Assembly: GCA_002633005.1 (NCBI GenBank)
Contig: NMRA01000938.1
Coordinates: 25,139-60,358 of the forward strand
Length of the DNA: 35,220 nucleotides
DNA from: Phoronis australis
Taxonomy: Eukaryota; Animalia; Phoronida
Reading direction: 5' to 3'
This document shows positions 21,137 through 33,400 of this stretch, piece by piece. The translations under genes and the position numbers were made by a program. Under the pieces are notes generated by a model. It was not told the DNA's origin. It did no database searches and was given only the letters and a program-made list of their open reading frames with translations. Position 1 is the first letter of the stretch. Each line of letters starts with the position of its first letter.

Positions 21137-21760
21137 CTATGTCTCTGTTTAGGCCTCTGGCCTGAGTGTTAAATTTAGCGGTGAATTCTGACTCGTATTT
21201 TCTACGTGCGTAAATGTCCGGCATCCCGCCTTTGACTACCATTACACTGAGGTCACAGGTACATGTAGTACGGACTGGTAGGTTGAAATGTTCCCCAATG
21301 GGGACCGAACTATTATTGTGCTGGACAGTCTGCCTATGGCCGTTCATTCTCATGCATAACGAGTTACATGTCTCCTCAAAATACCACGCGTGACAGGCAT
21401 GCCCGCACTCGAGCTCGAGAATTTGTCCCTGATCTCATTTGAGACACCATTGCGGCTTATGAATGACTCCCCTGATATGTGAGTGGAAGTCAGGCATCTG
21501 AGTTTGTCACATCTCACAAAGCCAATCTCTTGGTGATCTACATATATGTTAATGAGCCTGCCTCTAACTACCATATGTCTAGGATTAGGAGGCTGTCTAT
21601 AGACCAGACGGGGCCTCACAGGGAAAACTAGTTAAATACTCGTCGTCTATCAGCAGACTGAGTTCATCAAAAGTCCTATCCAGAGTTCTATTCACACCGG
21701 GATGTAAAGTTGTGATAAAAGGAATGAACATGTTCTTATCTTGCTTATTCATATGGTTCA
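21137..21760 (-). mobile_element. Penelope-like element #2: RT C-terminal region and GIY-YIG endonuclease (degenerate)
   Basis: 'IPFITTLHPG', 'PRLVYRQPPNPRHMVVRG', 'CDKLRCLT', 'RMNGHR...PIGEHFNLP...DLSVMV...RRKYESEF..KFNTQARGLNRD'. Confidence 0.9.
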
Positions 21761-24700
21761 TAACCCCTATCAGCAAAAAATAGTGAAAAACGGTTTACAG
21801 AAATCCGCATCATCAGTGCATATACGGCGACAGTGAAAACCCTGACACGAAGTTACAACCATATCCAGAAAATTGACAGTCATAGGATGACGATAAATGT
21901 ATAAACGCAAATAATAAACTGCAAGTCCGGATAGCCAGCCATTCTGTCACCTCTAAATGACACCGATTGTTGGACAATAGGCTCGCAAAAAACATAGAAA
22001 TTTAGTGAAAATATAAAATCAATAACTTAAACACCTGCGCCTCACTTCATAAAATTAAGCTAAAAAATAATGAGACTTGTGTAAAAACTATGTACTTTAC
22101 TGGTGCAATAGTGCTCAGGCGCTAACAGGTATCAGTCCTGAAATGGTTGTTACAAGCCTGTGACTCCTATAGAAAAATTTTCTCCGCCAAAAGATTTCAT
22201 TTTACCAATAAATATCGTAAAAAATAGATAAATCATGTGTAAAAGTCTAGTGTTTACCAGTGTCACGACAGCTGAAGTATACGTTCTCAAACTGTGGGGA
22301 AACCCCGATGGTTTGTTCACCTTTGATCCTCTATAATTTATGCCTGAATTTTGGAGCTGAGTAGCACAGTTATTGATAATTGTTTAACATCAGGATGAAG
22401 CCAAGGACTTGCTTTGGTAAAAAAATAAACCATATTTTATATTGGACATCAGTACTCTATATTATGCTTGGGAAATAAGCCATTTTTGGCAAGTACATTG
22501 CTTGGTCCCCCCAGAAGAGACGCCACTGAATTATTCCCCTTTAACAATGTAACAATATCTTAATTTTTGGCTGTAATCGTATAAAATGAAACTAAGACGC
22601 ATAGTGTGTTTCAAATACACGACATCGGGATTATCACCCCACCGGGATCGTTTACCTGCTGTGAACGTACTTTAAATCAAAAAGGAAGTTTTCCTATAAT
22701 AATTTAAGTTCATTTTTGTAAGGCAGGGGAAGAGGAGATCCTATTGGATAATGCATGTCAACCAACTCCAGTCCACTTCTTGTCCCTTCCTTGGGGCCGT
22801 TTTTCCACTTCAACAATAGGTGGGTCATTGTTCGTTAACTTACGCCAATGTCCAAGTTTCACAATTTGATAACTGGGTGTAGCAGGTGTAACGCAGAACT
22901 GAACAGTTTGGCTGCAGCCACTGGACATTTTCCAGAATTTTAATACATGGCGTGTGTCATGTTTGGCATGCAGTTTGAGGAATTTGTTGAAATAAATCGA
23001 AAAGAAACTGATTTGTTTGTGCTTTTGAATGAGTAAGCCAAGTTTTGTTGCCATGACCTACTTTTGATGCAAAAATGGTGGCTTTTGTTTCCTTTCAACC
23101 CTCATTTAGTGCTGGTTATCTGCAAACAGCATACTGCTTACAAGTGATTTGAGAAAGACTATCACCGTCGATATTGACCGATAGACAATCGACTTCACGA
23201 AAATCACACAGCCTAAATTATTCCCTATCGTACAGTACTCCACGAACATCAACGTATTGTTCTTATACAAATTATTTATTTCAACAAATGTGAATCTACC
23301 GCTCGACGACATCGAACTAAAATACCACTACAACAACGAAGATGCACTATTTTGTCTGAGTCTTGGTAACTGCGCCTTGTACCTTTCCAGATTACGTTGC
23401 TGAGAACTGCAAGGAAGCGGCTGAACTGCTGTTCCGTGAAAAGGCTCTGAAAGAACAAGTATACATTGATTTCTGGGTTACAAATTCTTTCAAAATACTT
23501 CAAAACAAAGAAACAAGGCAATCCTCATCAACAAAATTCAAGTAGGTGGTTGTGTAACCGAAAATATCTCCGATTCAGAACTCACAAGTAATACAGGATA
23601 ATAATCCCTAAGATTGCATTCCTTTTTGGCATGTTGTCATCCGAAGCGCCTTATTTAATCCCTAGTTCCAAGATTAGCTCCGCCTCCACTCGTGAATAAA
23701 AACGATTTTTGATCAATGTTAATGATATTTGGACATCAAAGCCTATCAAATTAAGCCCATCATTTTCCAAGTTTGTCGGTAATCTCACTAGTGTGTCTGC
23801 CGAAATACAAACTGCGAAATTTTAATGACGATGTTATGTGTTATTCTTCATTGGTCATGTAATTTGATGAGAGAATGTTCTCCCGTATCTCGAGACATAT
23901 TTTGCTGATAGCAAACATTGAGAAGGAAGCCCCAAATGATCCAATATATGAATGCACATGTACAATGTATGCACAGACCATTTCAAATTAAACCAGAAAA
24001 GATTCGTTGGTGTCAGATAGTGTCCACTCGTGTTCCAAAGCTTACAGACTGCTGAATGATCTACATTAGAATTGTTGTTGTTGCATGTTTGGAGAATGGA
24101 TGCTTTGCTTCACTAATTAATGTATATATACATTTTTGTCGATAGTTAGTCTTGCGCATAATTTCAACTTCATCTTCTAGGTTGGACTAGTTGAAAAACG
24201 AGTTTGATATAAGTTCCTACGAAAATCAATTGGCAGACCGTAATGCAACAGGTGTTGTTTGTTTCCGTCATTGACACAAGGATTTGTTAATTACCATATT
24301 GCGTTCAGATTCCACGTTGACTTCTGTCAGACCAAAAGTGTTCACCCTGTACAAGGTAGCAGGTGATTTTACTCAAAAGAGAACTGCATGTGGTAATCGG
24401 TATGTGTAGTTTTCTGTAAACGCTCAGCTCTAGACAATAGGGGGCTGGGGTGCTATATCCCTCGACACATTTCAGTGCTGTGCCTCACATGGTCCACAGA
24501 CGGTGCACCACACTAGCTGATGTAGGGGCTATAGCCCCAACTTTTTCAGTGCTGCGCCGTCCATGCTAGAGACCCTTCATTTGGTTTTACACAGTAATTG
24601 GACAATCCAAAAACGTTTAAAACTTGTTCGCATTTGGTGTGAATTTGATATGATGGCCTACTTAGATCTTTATAGTAAAGCACCAAATTTGGACCCGGAT

Positions 24701-24779
24701 ATTGCCGTGCGACTGCCGTTTGGCTTTGTCACACAGTAACCATTCGAGTGTACTAGTTACTGGCGTCAAGAAAACATTG

Positions 24780-25060
24780 ATCGCAAACTTCACGGAAATA
24801 GATATTTACTGCACTCATAGACTTGGAGACAGAATTGTGTTTAAATTTACTACCTACAGTGCGCGTCAAGCATTTTCTAACAAGAGCAAAAAATAGGTCG
24901 CACATTACATGTATTTGTCAACGAATACGTGACTAAAAACCAAAGCGAACTACACTTTCAAAATCGACAGCTGAAACGAAACGGAAAGATTCAAGCTACC
25001 TAGTCCACATCTGGTTCAGTGAAGATGAGAGTCAACGACAAGACCCATACAGTGATTTGG
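24780..25060 (+). pseudogene. LINE ORF1 fragment (CR1/L2-type RRM-CTD)
   Basis: 'EIDIYCTHRLGDRIVFKFTTYSARQ..KK / HVFVNEYVTKNQSELHFQNRQLKRNGKIQAT*STSGSV' fits I..AHRLG..I.VKF / INE.LT...L....R.LK..G.I..TW...G. Confidence 0.7.
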
Positions 25061-27876
25061 AGACATGGATGAACTGACAACCTCTACAGAATAATTCACT
25101 GATGGCAACTCACAGTGGCTGTTCAGTAAAGTTTGTTTACAAGAACCCGCGAATCGGTATTTCCACTCTCTGGGTATTGCGTAAGTAATGTATCAATAAC
25201 TGACTGGCTCGCTCTGCTGTGTGCCTATTAACGTAAAGATTTCTTTTAAAAAATTACCGTCAGATGTGCGACAGTAAAATTTTCAGTTTTCATTTAAGAA
25301 AATTTAATTACTACCAATGTATTACAGTGTTATTTTATTTTTTACAGAAACCTTGCCAACACATGGCTCTCCTTAAAAGCCGCCATTTTGAAATTTCCGT
25401 TGAAAAACACTAAAGCTTCTTAGATATTTTCTACAGTTTGAAACCAGCGTGTCTGACAGAATAGTGAAGGAATTTTGACAGTGAACTTCAGATTTCTGGT
25501 AAGTATTATACTTATTTACTTTGAATGCCGTGTCAATGTCTGTAAGAGTATACAAATTATTCCACAGATGTCCTCAGCTTCTGATCGTCTCCAAATCTAA
25601 TAGAATAAAAATTACAATATACTACAAAATATTACACTATTGATTGGTAATTCTACGAGTGCTTCACTTCAACAGGCCATATCAAACACAAAACTCGGAA
25701 TAAATGTACGCAAAACAGGTCCAGCAAACCAAGAGTAGTTAATATTTCGTCGGATAGCATTTACGGACGGAGGCATTAAGGGACTATACATGTAGTACAT
25801 CCCCACTAAAAGTGTCGAGTTTCAAAATGCTGCAAATAAAATCAAATGAAAAATGCATGTTTGCAGATGGACTTATAATTACGTATTTTGAAATTCGTAA
25901 CATTTTGTGGGGGCGTACTATCGCCCCTGTATTCCTGCAGCATACAGGGCAATACAATTGCCTAGCACTTACGGTGCCTTTGCTGAAGTGAGTTCGCAAC
26001 AAATTTCCGATCGTAGCACAAAAAACTTCCCAAAAAGCCGATGCGTACCGTCAATGTGCTGCATGGAAATTTTGGATTCGTTGCGGATGGTAACGACATT
26101 AATAACTCCACACTTATCCAGACCATTCTGAATCTTTCCGTAATAAATTGGCAATTGCCGTCCATCCGTAAGTCATCGGATAATTCCGTTTCTACTCGCG
26201 TGGGACACATTGACACTTCGCATCTGGTTTTTGAACAAAATTTTGTGCTTCGACAGCAATTTTTTTTGCGCAATCCCTGTCCAGAGCAGGACACTGTACT
26301 GTGGCGGATTTAGGGGTGGGGGTAAAGGGGCTATACCCCGCTAAAAATCCCCAGATACCATTTGCCAGTTCGGGGTCCGAATTGTTGACTGCATATGCGA
26401 GCACCCAAGAGGGCTCTGGGGGCGAATGCACAATGCGTAGCCCTTGAACGGACCCCATTTACTGTTTTTGTTTTTAGTAATAAGGTTCAATAACCTAAAA
26501 ATGCGNGTGGTATATATTCATAGTGTACTAGATACGGTCAGAAGATGAGGACGTAGGTTTTACAGGCGTCTTCAGCCTCTGATCGTCCCAAATAAACTAA
26601 AAAATTAAAAGGTCTGACATCGGCTTTTTGAAAATTTTTTGTGTGAAGTGAAGTACTCATAGAATTCCTAGTTCCGTGTGTCATGCCTTGTGGTATTACA
26701 GTGTTTGACGATGATCAGAAGTTGAGGATGCCTGTGATTTACAACACAGGGCGACGAATTTCCCGATGACCCATAAATTAACCACATGAGAAACATAACT
26801 GTTGGACACTAAAACTTTGCCAAGCCTAGGTTCCCAGTTTCAACTGTTCTAAACCCAAGTAAAATCTGTGTACACCTCCCTCAGACTGGTATAACATATA
26901 AAAGGATATTCCTGACCACATCTGAACCTGTGCCTTTTGGGTGCCCCTGGTGATAAAAAGTGCATCGTTTTTCGAAAAGTTGTGTCTGGTAGACTTAGTG
27001 TAATTAAGTGGTAACATATGGAACAGAAACCTCAAGGGCATTGAAAATTAGAACACAGTCATGCTCATGTAAATGTTGTTAACAGGAATGGTAATTTACT
27101 ATCAATTATTGAAAAATGTTAACGGACTGTTTACTCATTTTAATGAAATCTGCAACCTGCACATTACCCGTAAGTTGTACGGCTGTAAGTTGACTAATCC
27201 AATCTTCCATTTTTGGAAGAGTTCGTTTTAAAAGATGTGCCGGGGGTGGCGCTCCTGCAATGTCACTGTGCCCTTTTTATGCACTAATAGCACAAATGCA
27301 CATCCAGCAATACCCATGCATAAACACAGAAGCCTTCTTTCCTTGATCCCATAGAATTGTCTAAGTTGTGAATGGTGAATTGATTGCAGAATTTCCAAAG
27401 CAAAGACAAAACTCTGAATTCGATGAAGCTACATGAAAATAGATAACACGGCGGAATTCACTTGTGCTTTAATTTGTACACCTGCAGAAGATAAAATATT
27501 GAGTTTGCGTAAGCAACCCCTGTGTCAAAATCAAGAAATTTGTCTGCAATTTAGACTTCCATTTACGTGCAATTTGCTTCAATTTATAGCTCGTTTTATC
27601 ACTTACTAGTAACTTAGAATTTATATGCAAGAACCTATCGTGTGTTTGGTCTTGATTTCACGGAGTAGTCTTGTTATAAGCGCAACAAAAACTTAGCTTT
27701 GGTGGAGATTTCTGTTGTCAGCCCATACATCTAGTTGCAGGAAATTAGCTATGGGCAACTGTCGGGTTTCGCAGTTATCTTATGTTAGTGATTCTTCGGT
27801 TTTAAACAAGGTTATTTTACAAATCCAGAGTTTAAATACATTCATGCCGAAATTAAATTATGTAAAGAACATTTAA

Positions 27877-30800
27877 GAGGCAGTCCATATAAAAACCAGT
27901 AGATTTTCAAAAATCAGTCTATACGTCAAAATTTAAAACAACTTCATTTTTTGTACGTGGGTAGGTATCCTAAAAAAACCCAAATGCCAAATTTTGTGCA
28001 CTCAATGACCCCTAATTTCGCCTCTGTAGCATGATAACAAGAATTGGGCATATTAGCCGTCTCAAAAATCGGATGTTTTCAGCAACAAAAATGAGTAATA
28101 TACAAAATAGATCAAAAGCTATATTTTGGTGGCTGAAATAACCAACGTATACTGTGCAAAATTCTGTGCCATTTATTAAAATTTAACAGTTTTGTGCTAG
28201 ACAGGGGAGATAATCCACAGACCACTTTTTGGGGCTAATTTTAGTGGCCATTTTTGTGACCTTCTTACAGCCATAAAACACCTTGTAGCCTTATGTGACG
28301 TTTCGAACATACTGTTAAAGAGTTAGTCTTGATGACTGAGCAATAAAAGTCTTGCCTCAACTTTGCAATTTAGTGAAAATTGTCTTGCAAAACTGTCTAT
28401 TTTCATAGTTTGGAAATGACGAGCAGAGTTTACAGACCATTTGAACAAATTTTAGGCAAGAAGTCTGCTTTAAATAGTTATAGAAACCAAGTCTAAACTC
28501 TTTCAAATGAAAAGAAGATGTTTTCCGGGTTTATTACTCGGCTCGTATCAAAACTGAACCCGATGACCTTTGCCCACTGAGGGAGTCAGTTGAGGTTAAG
28601 CTTGAGGATATATAAAAATGTACGTGTAACCCTCTTGTATTCTTTCATTTCTTTTACAGTATCAGGTTAATTTGAACACTCTGTAGAACTTTTTAATGGA
28701 AATAAATGCCTTTAAGATTAAACGAGTAAGAATTGATATTTGTAATGACTGGTTTGAGAGAAGCAAGTTCATTTTAAAAAGACAAAATGGCGGACGATGT
28801 CGATGGGCCTTCATGGGATTGTTCCTTTACAGTTTATTCTGCAAAAGATCACAAAAGCTTTGTGCTTTAGTGACTGAGTTGTGTCAAAGACACCACTGAA
28901 CATTTGAGATACAGGAAACTACCTCACAAAGCAAGGCCTGTGCCAGAGTACGGACTCGTACTACCCCGAGTCGGTGAATTTCTGACTGAACAGGACCAAT
29001 CATGGAAGAGTCAGGTAATGCTGGATGTTATCACTCTGCTCCTCTCCTCCTGAACGTAGCAGCCTTGTCAAATTCTAGCGGCATTTCTGTTTCGGGATAT
29101 GATTTTAGTGAAAGTCAGAATGGAAAGGATCTCTGTGATCGCAAGATCGCTCCACTCAAACAACATGCAAACTAATTTGTAGCCAAAGCTAACAATATCA
29201 TAAACTTTCTGGATTTGAAAGAAGCATTACTTTCCAGTGGCCGGGTGAAGGGATGTTATGTGTATGCATGTTCAGTCAATAAAACAAAGTCTTTTCCAAA
29301 ATACTCAGTTCCTGGTATAAGCACATTTCTAAATTCCCACTATTCCACCCAAGGAATTCGCGTGTGGAAATCATTCCATGTAGGTGATGGTAAGTTCTTA
29401 CAAATACTGAGAATTTGGTAAGTCTATTTCTCTAAAGGTTGGCATTGTGTCTTGTGAAGAGCCTCAAAAAAAGTTCCCTTGTACCCATCAAGGTTACTCG
29501 AAATTTTTTGCTACAGACGCAGAACTAGGTCGGCATTTGAATGTGGGTAACCACACTGAACATTTACAGAAGGAAACCATGTATGACCACATCGCACGAA
29601 AGTGGTCAGAAATGCTCTCAGATGCAAGAACCGGAGCGTCATTTGAGGCAGCCTCAGAGTACTATTTGGAAAAGACGAATGCTGAAGCAATAGCTTACGC
29701 ATTGAAAAAAAGGTAAAAGGTCAACAAGATTTTCAGCAAAGGTTAAGAACTTTCGGACGAACATATTCGATGAAGGAGATAAGTCAGGTAAAAACGTTCA
29801 CCCTCGGAAGTGCCAAAATGGAGAAAACATTACGAGAACCCACTGGGAAAGTGTTTATCTGTGATGTTAAGTGAATCGCAGGTTGGTGGATTTTTTTCGA
29901 GGTTGTCTGCAGCAATAATTATGACGATGCTATTTCTGCTGAAGATGCTGTTATGTCGTCAGATTTACTGAATGAAGTGGTAAATGAGCTCAACGTTTAG
30001 CCTACTAGTTTTGTAGCATACCAGTCAAAGATTTGTGATATATGAAGTCGAGACCGTTACTTCTGTTTACTTCATGTCTGTCATGAATGTGTCATTAATA
30101 AAATTGTCTCTCGTGAATTATTTTCTATTGACTGTGAATGTGTACCTTTTTATACCACTGATGATCACACTGGCAGAAATATTCAGCGTTAGGGTGCCCG
30201 GTGTGTGTGGGGGGGACACCAGATTTCTGGCGACTGGTGGCGCCTAAAATTTGTAGCAAGCAGCAGGGACATTACAATATGAACCCAAAGATACAATGAC
30301 TATTGACAAGTTGAAGGATTTTTTGTACTGAACACTAGGGAGCCATATCCACCTTGGGTGCCTTCCTTTGCCTGTGGCACGAACAAGGCAGATAGAAAAC
30401 AAGGCAGGGGTGAGTTCAGTATCACTAGAACCTCTCTAAAATTTATCCAAAACCAAGTGTTCTCATTTAAAATGCAGGGCAATATCTCGCGAAGTCTTGA
30501 ATTATAGCAAGGTCCTCGTGTTACTGCTTTTATTGCGTCTTCAGTCTCCACGTAAACAAAAGCAGCGCCATCTATCATTTAGAANGAGTGCCAAATTTGG
30601 CCGAAAATGGCTTCAGTGAAAACCTGAAAAATAGCCGTTTGTACCTCACAAATTCAAAACGTACAAATTTAAAAATGGATTTTGAAAGTTATGCCATTAA
30701 ATTATTCAGCCACTGCCCTTGCAATTCGTATTTTTCATTTGTTTTGACCGTACCACACATGCTAGTAAAATGCATTCAAACATGCCTACTTCGACGCCCA

Positions 30801-30972
30801 ATTTTGTTTCAAAATGGAGGTACAGGTCATAAAAAGAAAAGTAGTGAATGAAAATACTTAAAAAGTGATTTTTTTTCTACATCTCAACAAACCAAACTCA
30901 TGTGCTAAGTTTCAAAAAAATCGGTGATTTTGGGTATAGACTCTACCTGTTGGTTTTTATATGGAGTCACTC
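27877..30972 (+). mobile_element. Sola3 DNA transposon, internally deleted, with both TIRs and TTAA TSD
   Basis: TTAA|GAGGCAGTCCATATAAAAACCA at left and TGGTTTTTATATGGAGTCACTC|TTAA at right. GAG termini with TTAA TSD, plus the transposase motifs inside. Confidence 0.88.
29010..29920 (+). pseudogene. Sola3 transposase C-terminal half (degenerate)
   Basis: 'SGNAGCYHSAPLL...GYDFSESQNGKDLCDRKIAPLKQH...LKEALLSSGRVKG...VPGIS...GIRVWKSFHVGDGK', a zinc-finger-like 'FPCTHQGYSKFF..ELGRHLNVGNH', and 'RFSAKVKNF..IFDEGDKSGK'. The catalytic SDN is mutated to SGN; stops and frameshifts present. Confidence 0.85.
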
Positions 30973-32309
30973 TTAACTAGTTTTCGTGGGCGGGCTAAAA
31001 CAGTGCTTTGGAATTGCTTCGGACTGTTTATGAAAAATCCGGATGTGTACGAAGGTCGTCTACCATGAATGTCAAAAATAACTCTGATGGCTTTTAAATT
31101 TTTGTTTGCAAATCACCACTCGAAGGCAGTTTAATAGAAAAAGTGAAAGAAGGTATTCAAAAATTTGTTTGGTGCTGATTTTGTTACGTTTGAGACAATT
31201 CTGAGCAAACCAATTTTTATAGTCCAACCATATTTTGTTTTATTATACATGTATAGCCTAGTGAGTGACGTCGGTGTTGAACGAGAAACAAACCAACTGA
31301 AATGTGTGGTTTATATTTGCCAATTTCGACTCTATGTGACTTTTTTAAAAGCATGATAGCGAAAGAAGAATTCTTGCTAAGCATATGAAAGCAGCTGGTG
31401 AGCATCAGTTTTCATGATACACCTGTTAGTAAAGAAAAGTTGAGAATATTGCGAGGGTGAGACACTGACCCTAACGGTGTCTGCCTTGGGGGGAGGCTCC
31501 TCTTTGATTGAATTCTTTGTTTATTTGCGTAACTCCATAAAATAAATTAAGAACGCAGACTTTTCATAGCTGTTCTAGGGATCAAGTGGAGTTAAACAAT
31601 TGCTTCTGCAACCCCTTTCTCCCATGCAAAGTTGCTTTACTTAAGTTTGAATTAGACCATCGAAACTGTGCTGTGGTTCTTTAAAGATGGTTATGAACTC
31701 GCATCTATTTGTTACATGCACATTTTACATGTTCTGTCTGATTTTAATTGTTTCACAACGAAACTCCATACGCCTACATGTAAATATCAAAATCCAAAAC
31801 AATGCGGTCTATTGGTGATCTTATGAAACGTAAACAAACCCCGTTTTGTTGCTGTGTTTACTTCTTTGACAACATTGCTGACCTTGTTCACGGGCGGCAG
31901 CGTACAATATAATGAGCACTCAGCCTCGACTTAAGATGTTGCTGATCAATTAAGCCATTTGAGGCTTGGTAGTAGGAAATAAATTTCGAAATTTTGTGCA
32001 GTTTTATATAAAATTAAAAAACTAACGGTATATTGCAGCAATTTAGGTCTAAATTATTGCAAAAATAATCTGTTTTGATTAGAAAACAGATTAATACTAT
32101 TCATAAATAAGAATTGAACGATAGCGCTCGGAGGAGCGACACTTGGCGAAATTGAGCGAAAAGACGACAATCGGGAGGTCGGCGACGACGACGATGATGA
32201 CAATGAAGGCGGCGATTATGAACAACACGATAACATTCATGTGACTACCGAAGAAACTACTAAGAAATGGGCTGCAGTCTTGTTCAATAGAAGCTAAACC
32301 AACATCAAT

Positions 32310-33153
32310 GCAGCAAGAGCGCTTAACAAAGGAACCGCGGAATCAGAAAGTCTCGAATAATTTGAAAGTAGACGTCCAAGCGAAAACTGGAAAGCATCAT
32401 CTGTAAGCCCGTTCAAAATTCTATCTAAATTAATAGTAACGCAAAATTCCGAAATTATTTTGAAAAAAATTGAAATTTTACTTTTTTTTGAAATTCACAG
32501 TCAAATAACACGAAAACGGTAAGTCCGAGAGAAACGTTATTGCAGAAATTTTGAAAGAGCATACTTCAAGGAATCAACATGCAAAAATTCACATCATTTG
32601 CTCTTCCCGTTGAAAATGCGACCGCACAACGATCGAAAATGGGCGAAAATTCGCCAGAGCCGCCATCTTGAAAGAGACTTCTGGTTAAACAAACTTTTAT
32701 AATAGCCAATTAAACGAAGCAAACAGGTGAAGAGATTGAAAATGATTGGTTCACCAATATGCCCTCTACAGGAAAAAACGTTTTTGGCCAGATATTGAGG
32801 TGCGCATGCGCCATGGCCAATATTTCCTTTAAGTTTGACCGGAAGTTAACGATTTTCCGCGCAGGGGTAGTAATTGTGTTCTATAGTAATCGTACTAAGT
32901 TTCAGATGTGTACGTTGAAAAATGCGGCCTCTGTGAGCATTTGAATATGAAACCGTAAACGAAAATGGCCGCCACGTCCGCCATTTAGAATTCGATCATA
33001 AACAAAAACAATAGGCTTCCAGGACTTTCAGATCTACACGTCGTGAGCGAATTTCGTGCGAATCGGGCGAAAATTGCGACCTGTAGAGTGCAAACAAAAA
33101 AAACTTGACGTCAGAGCAAAATACTTGTCGGAATTCGAATTCCGCCAAGTTAT
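32310..33153 (+). mobile_element. Helentron/HINE-like non-autonomous element with internal core repeats and 3' palindrome
   Basis: Recurrent aaaatgcgacc / aaaatgcggcc / aaattgcgacc and ccgccat(c/t)t(t/a)gaa modules. A 28-bp near-perfect palindrome ACTTGTCGGAATTCGAATTCCGCCAAGT at 33123-33150 ends it. 5' boundary approximate. Confidence 0.5.
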
Positions 33154-33184
33154 GAGTACAACCTTTATTGCAGACAATAACTAA

Positions 33185-33400
33185 CAGGGCTCGACGCTAT
33201 TAAAATCCCAGGTCGCATTTTCAAAATCCAGGTCGCATTCATAAATGCCAGCTCGCAAAATTTCCGATTTTTTAGATCATCGAGAAAATGTTTAGATTAT
33301 GCTCTTACCTGCAGCGTTAACTACTCACAAATTGCAGATCGCAAAACTGAGTTCGTTCATGCAGGTACGGCGTTACTGTTCTTCGCGACCGCCATTGAAA
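33185..33400. mobile_element. hAT-like terminus with subterminal repeats
   Basis: CAGGGCTCGAC start followed by ccaggtcgcatt twice and ccagctcgca. Partner TIR not found. Confidence 0.4.

Noticed and set aside
22758-23054. Faint Crypton tyrosine-recombinase resemblance of the 98-aa ORF
   Set aside because: The catalytic HxxR and Tyr are absent; similarity is too weak.
25784-26458. Cluster of overlapping short ORFs as a gene
   Set aside because: No recognisable domain or consistent frame.
26530-26595. Possible hammerhead (CTGAAGA on the minus strand with a nearby stem)
   Set aside because: No GAAA or cleavage triplet in the right geometry; explained by inverted copies of a dispersed motif.
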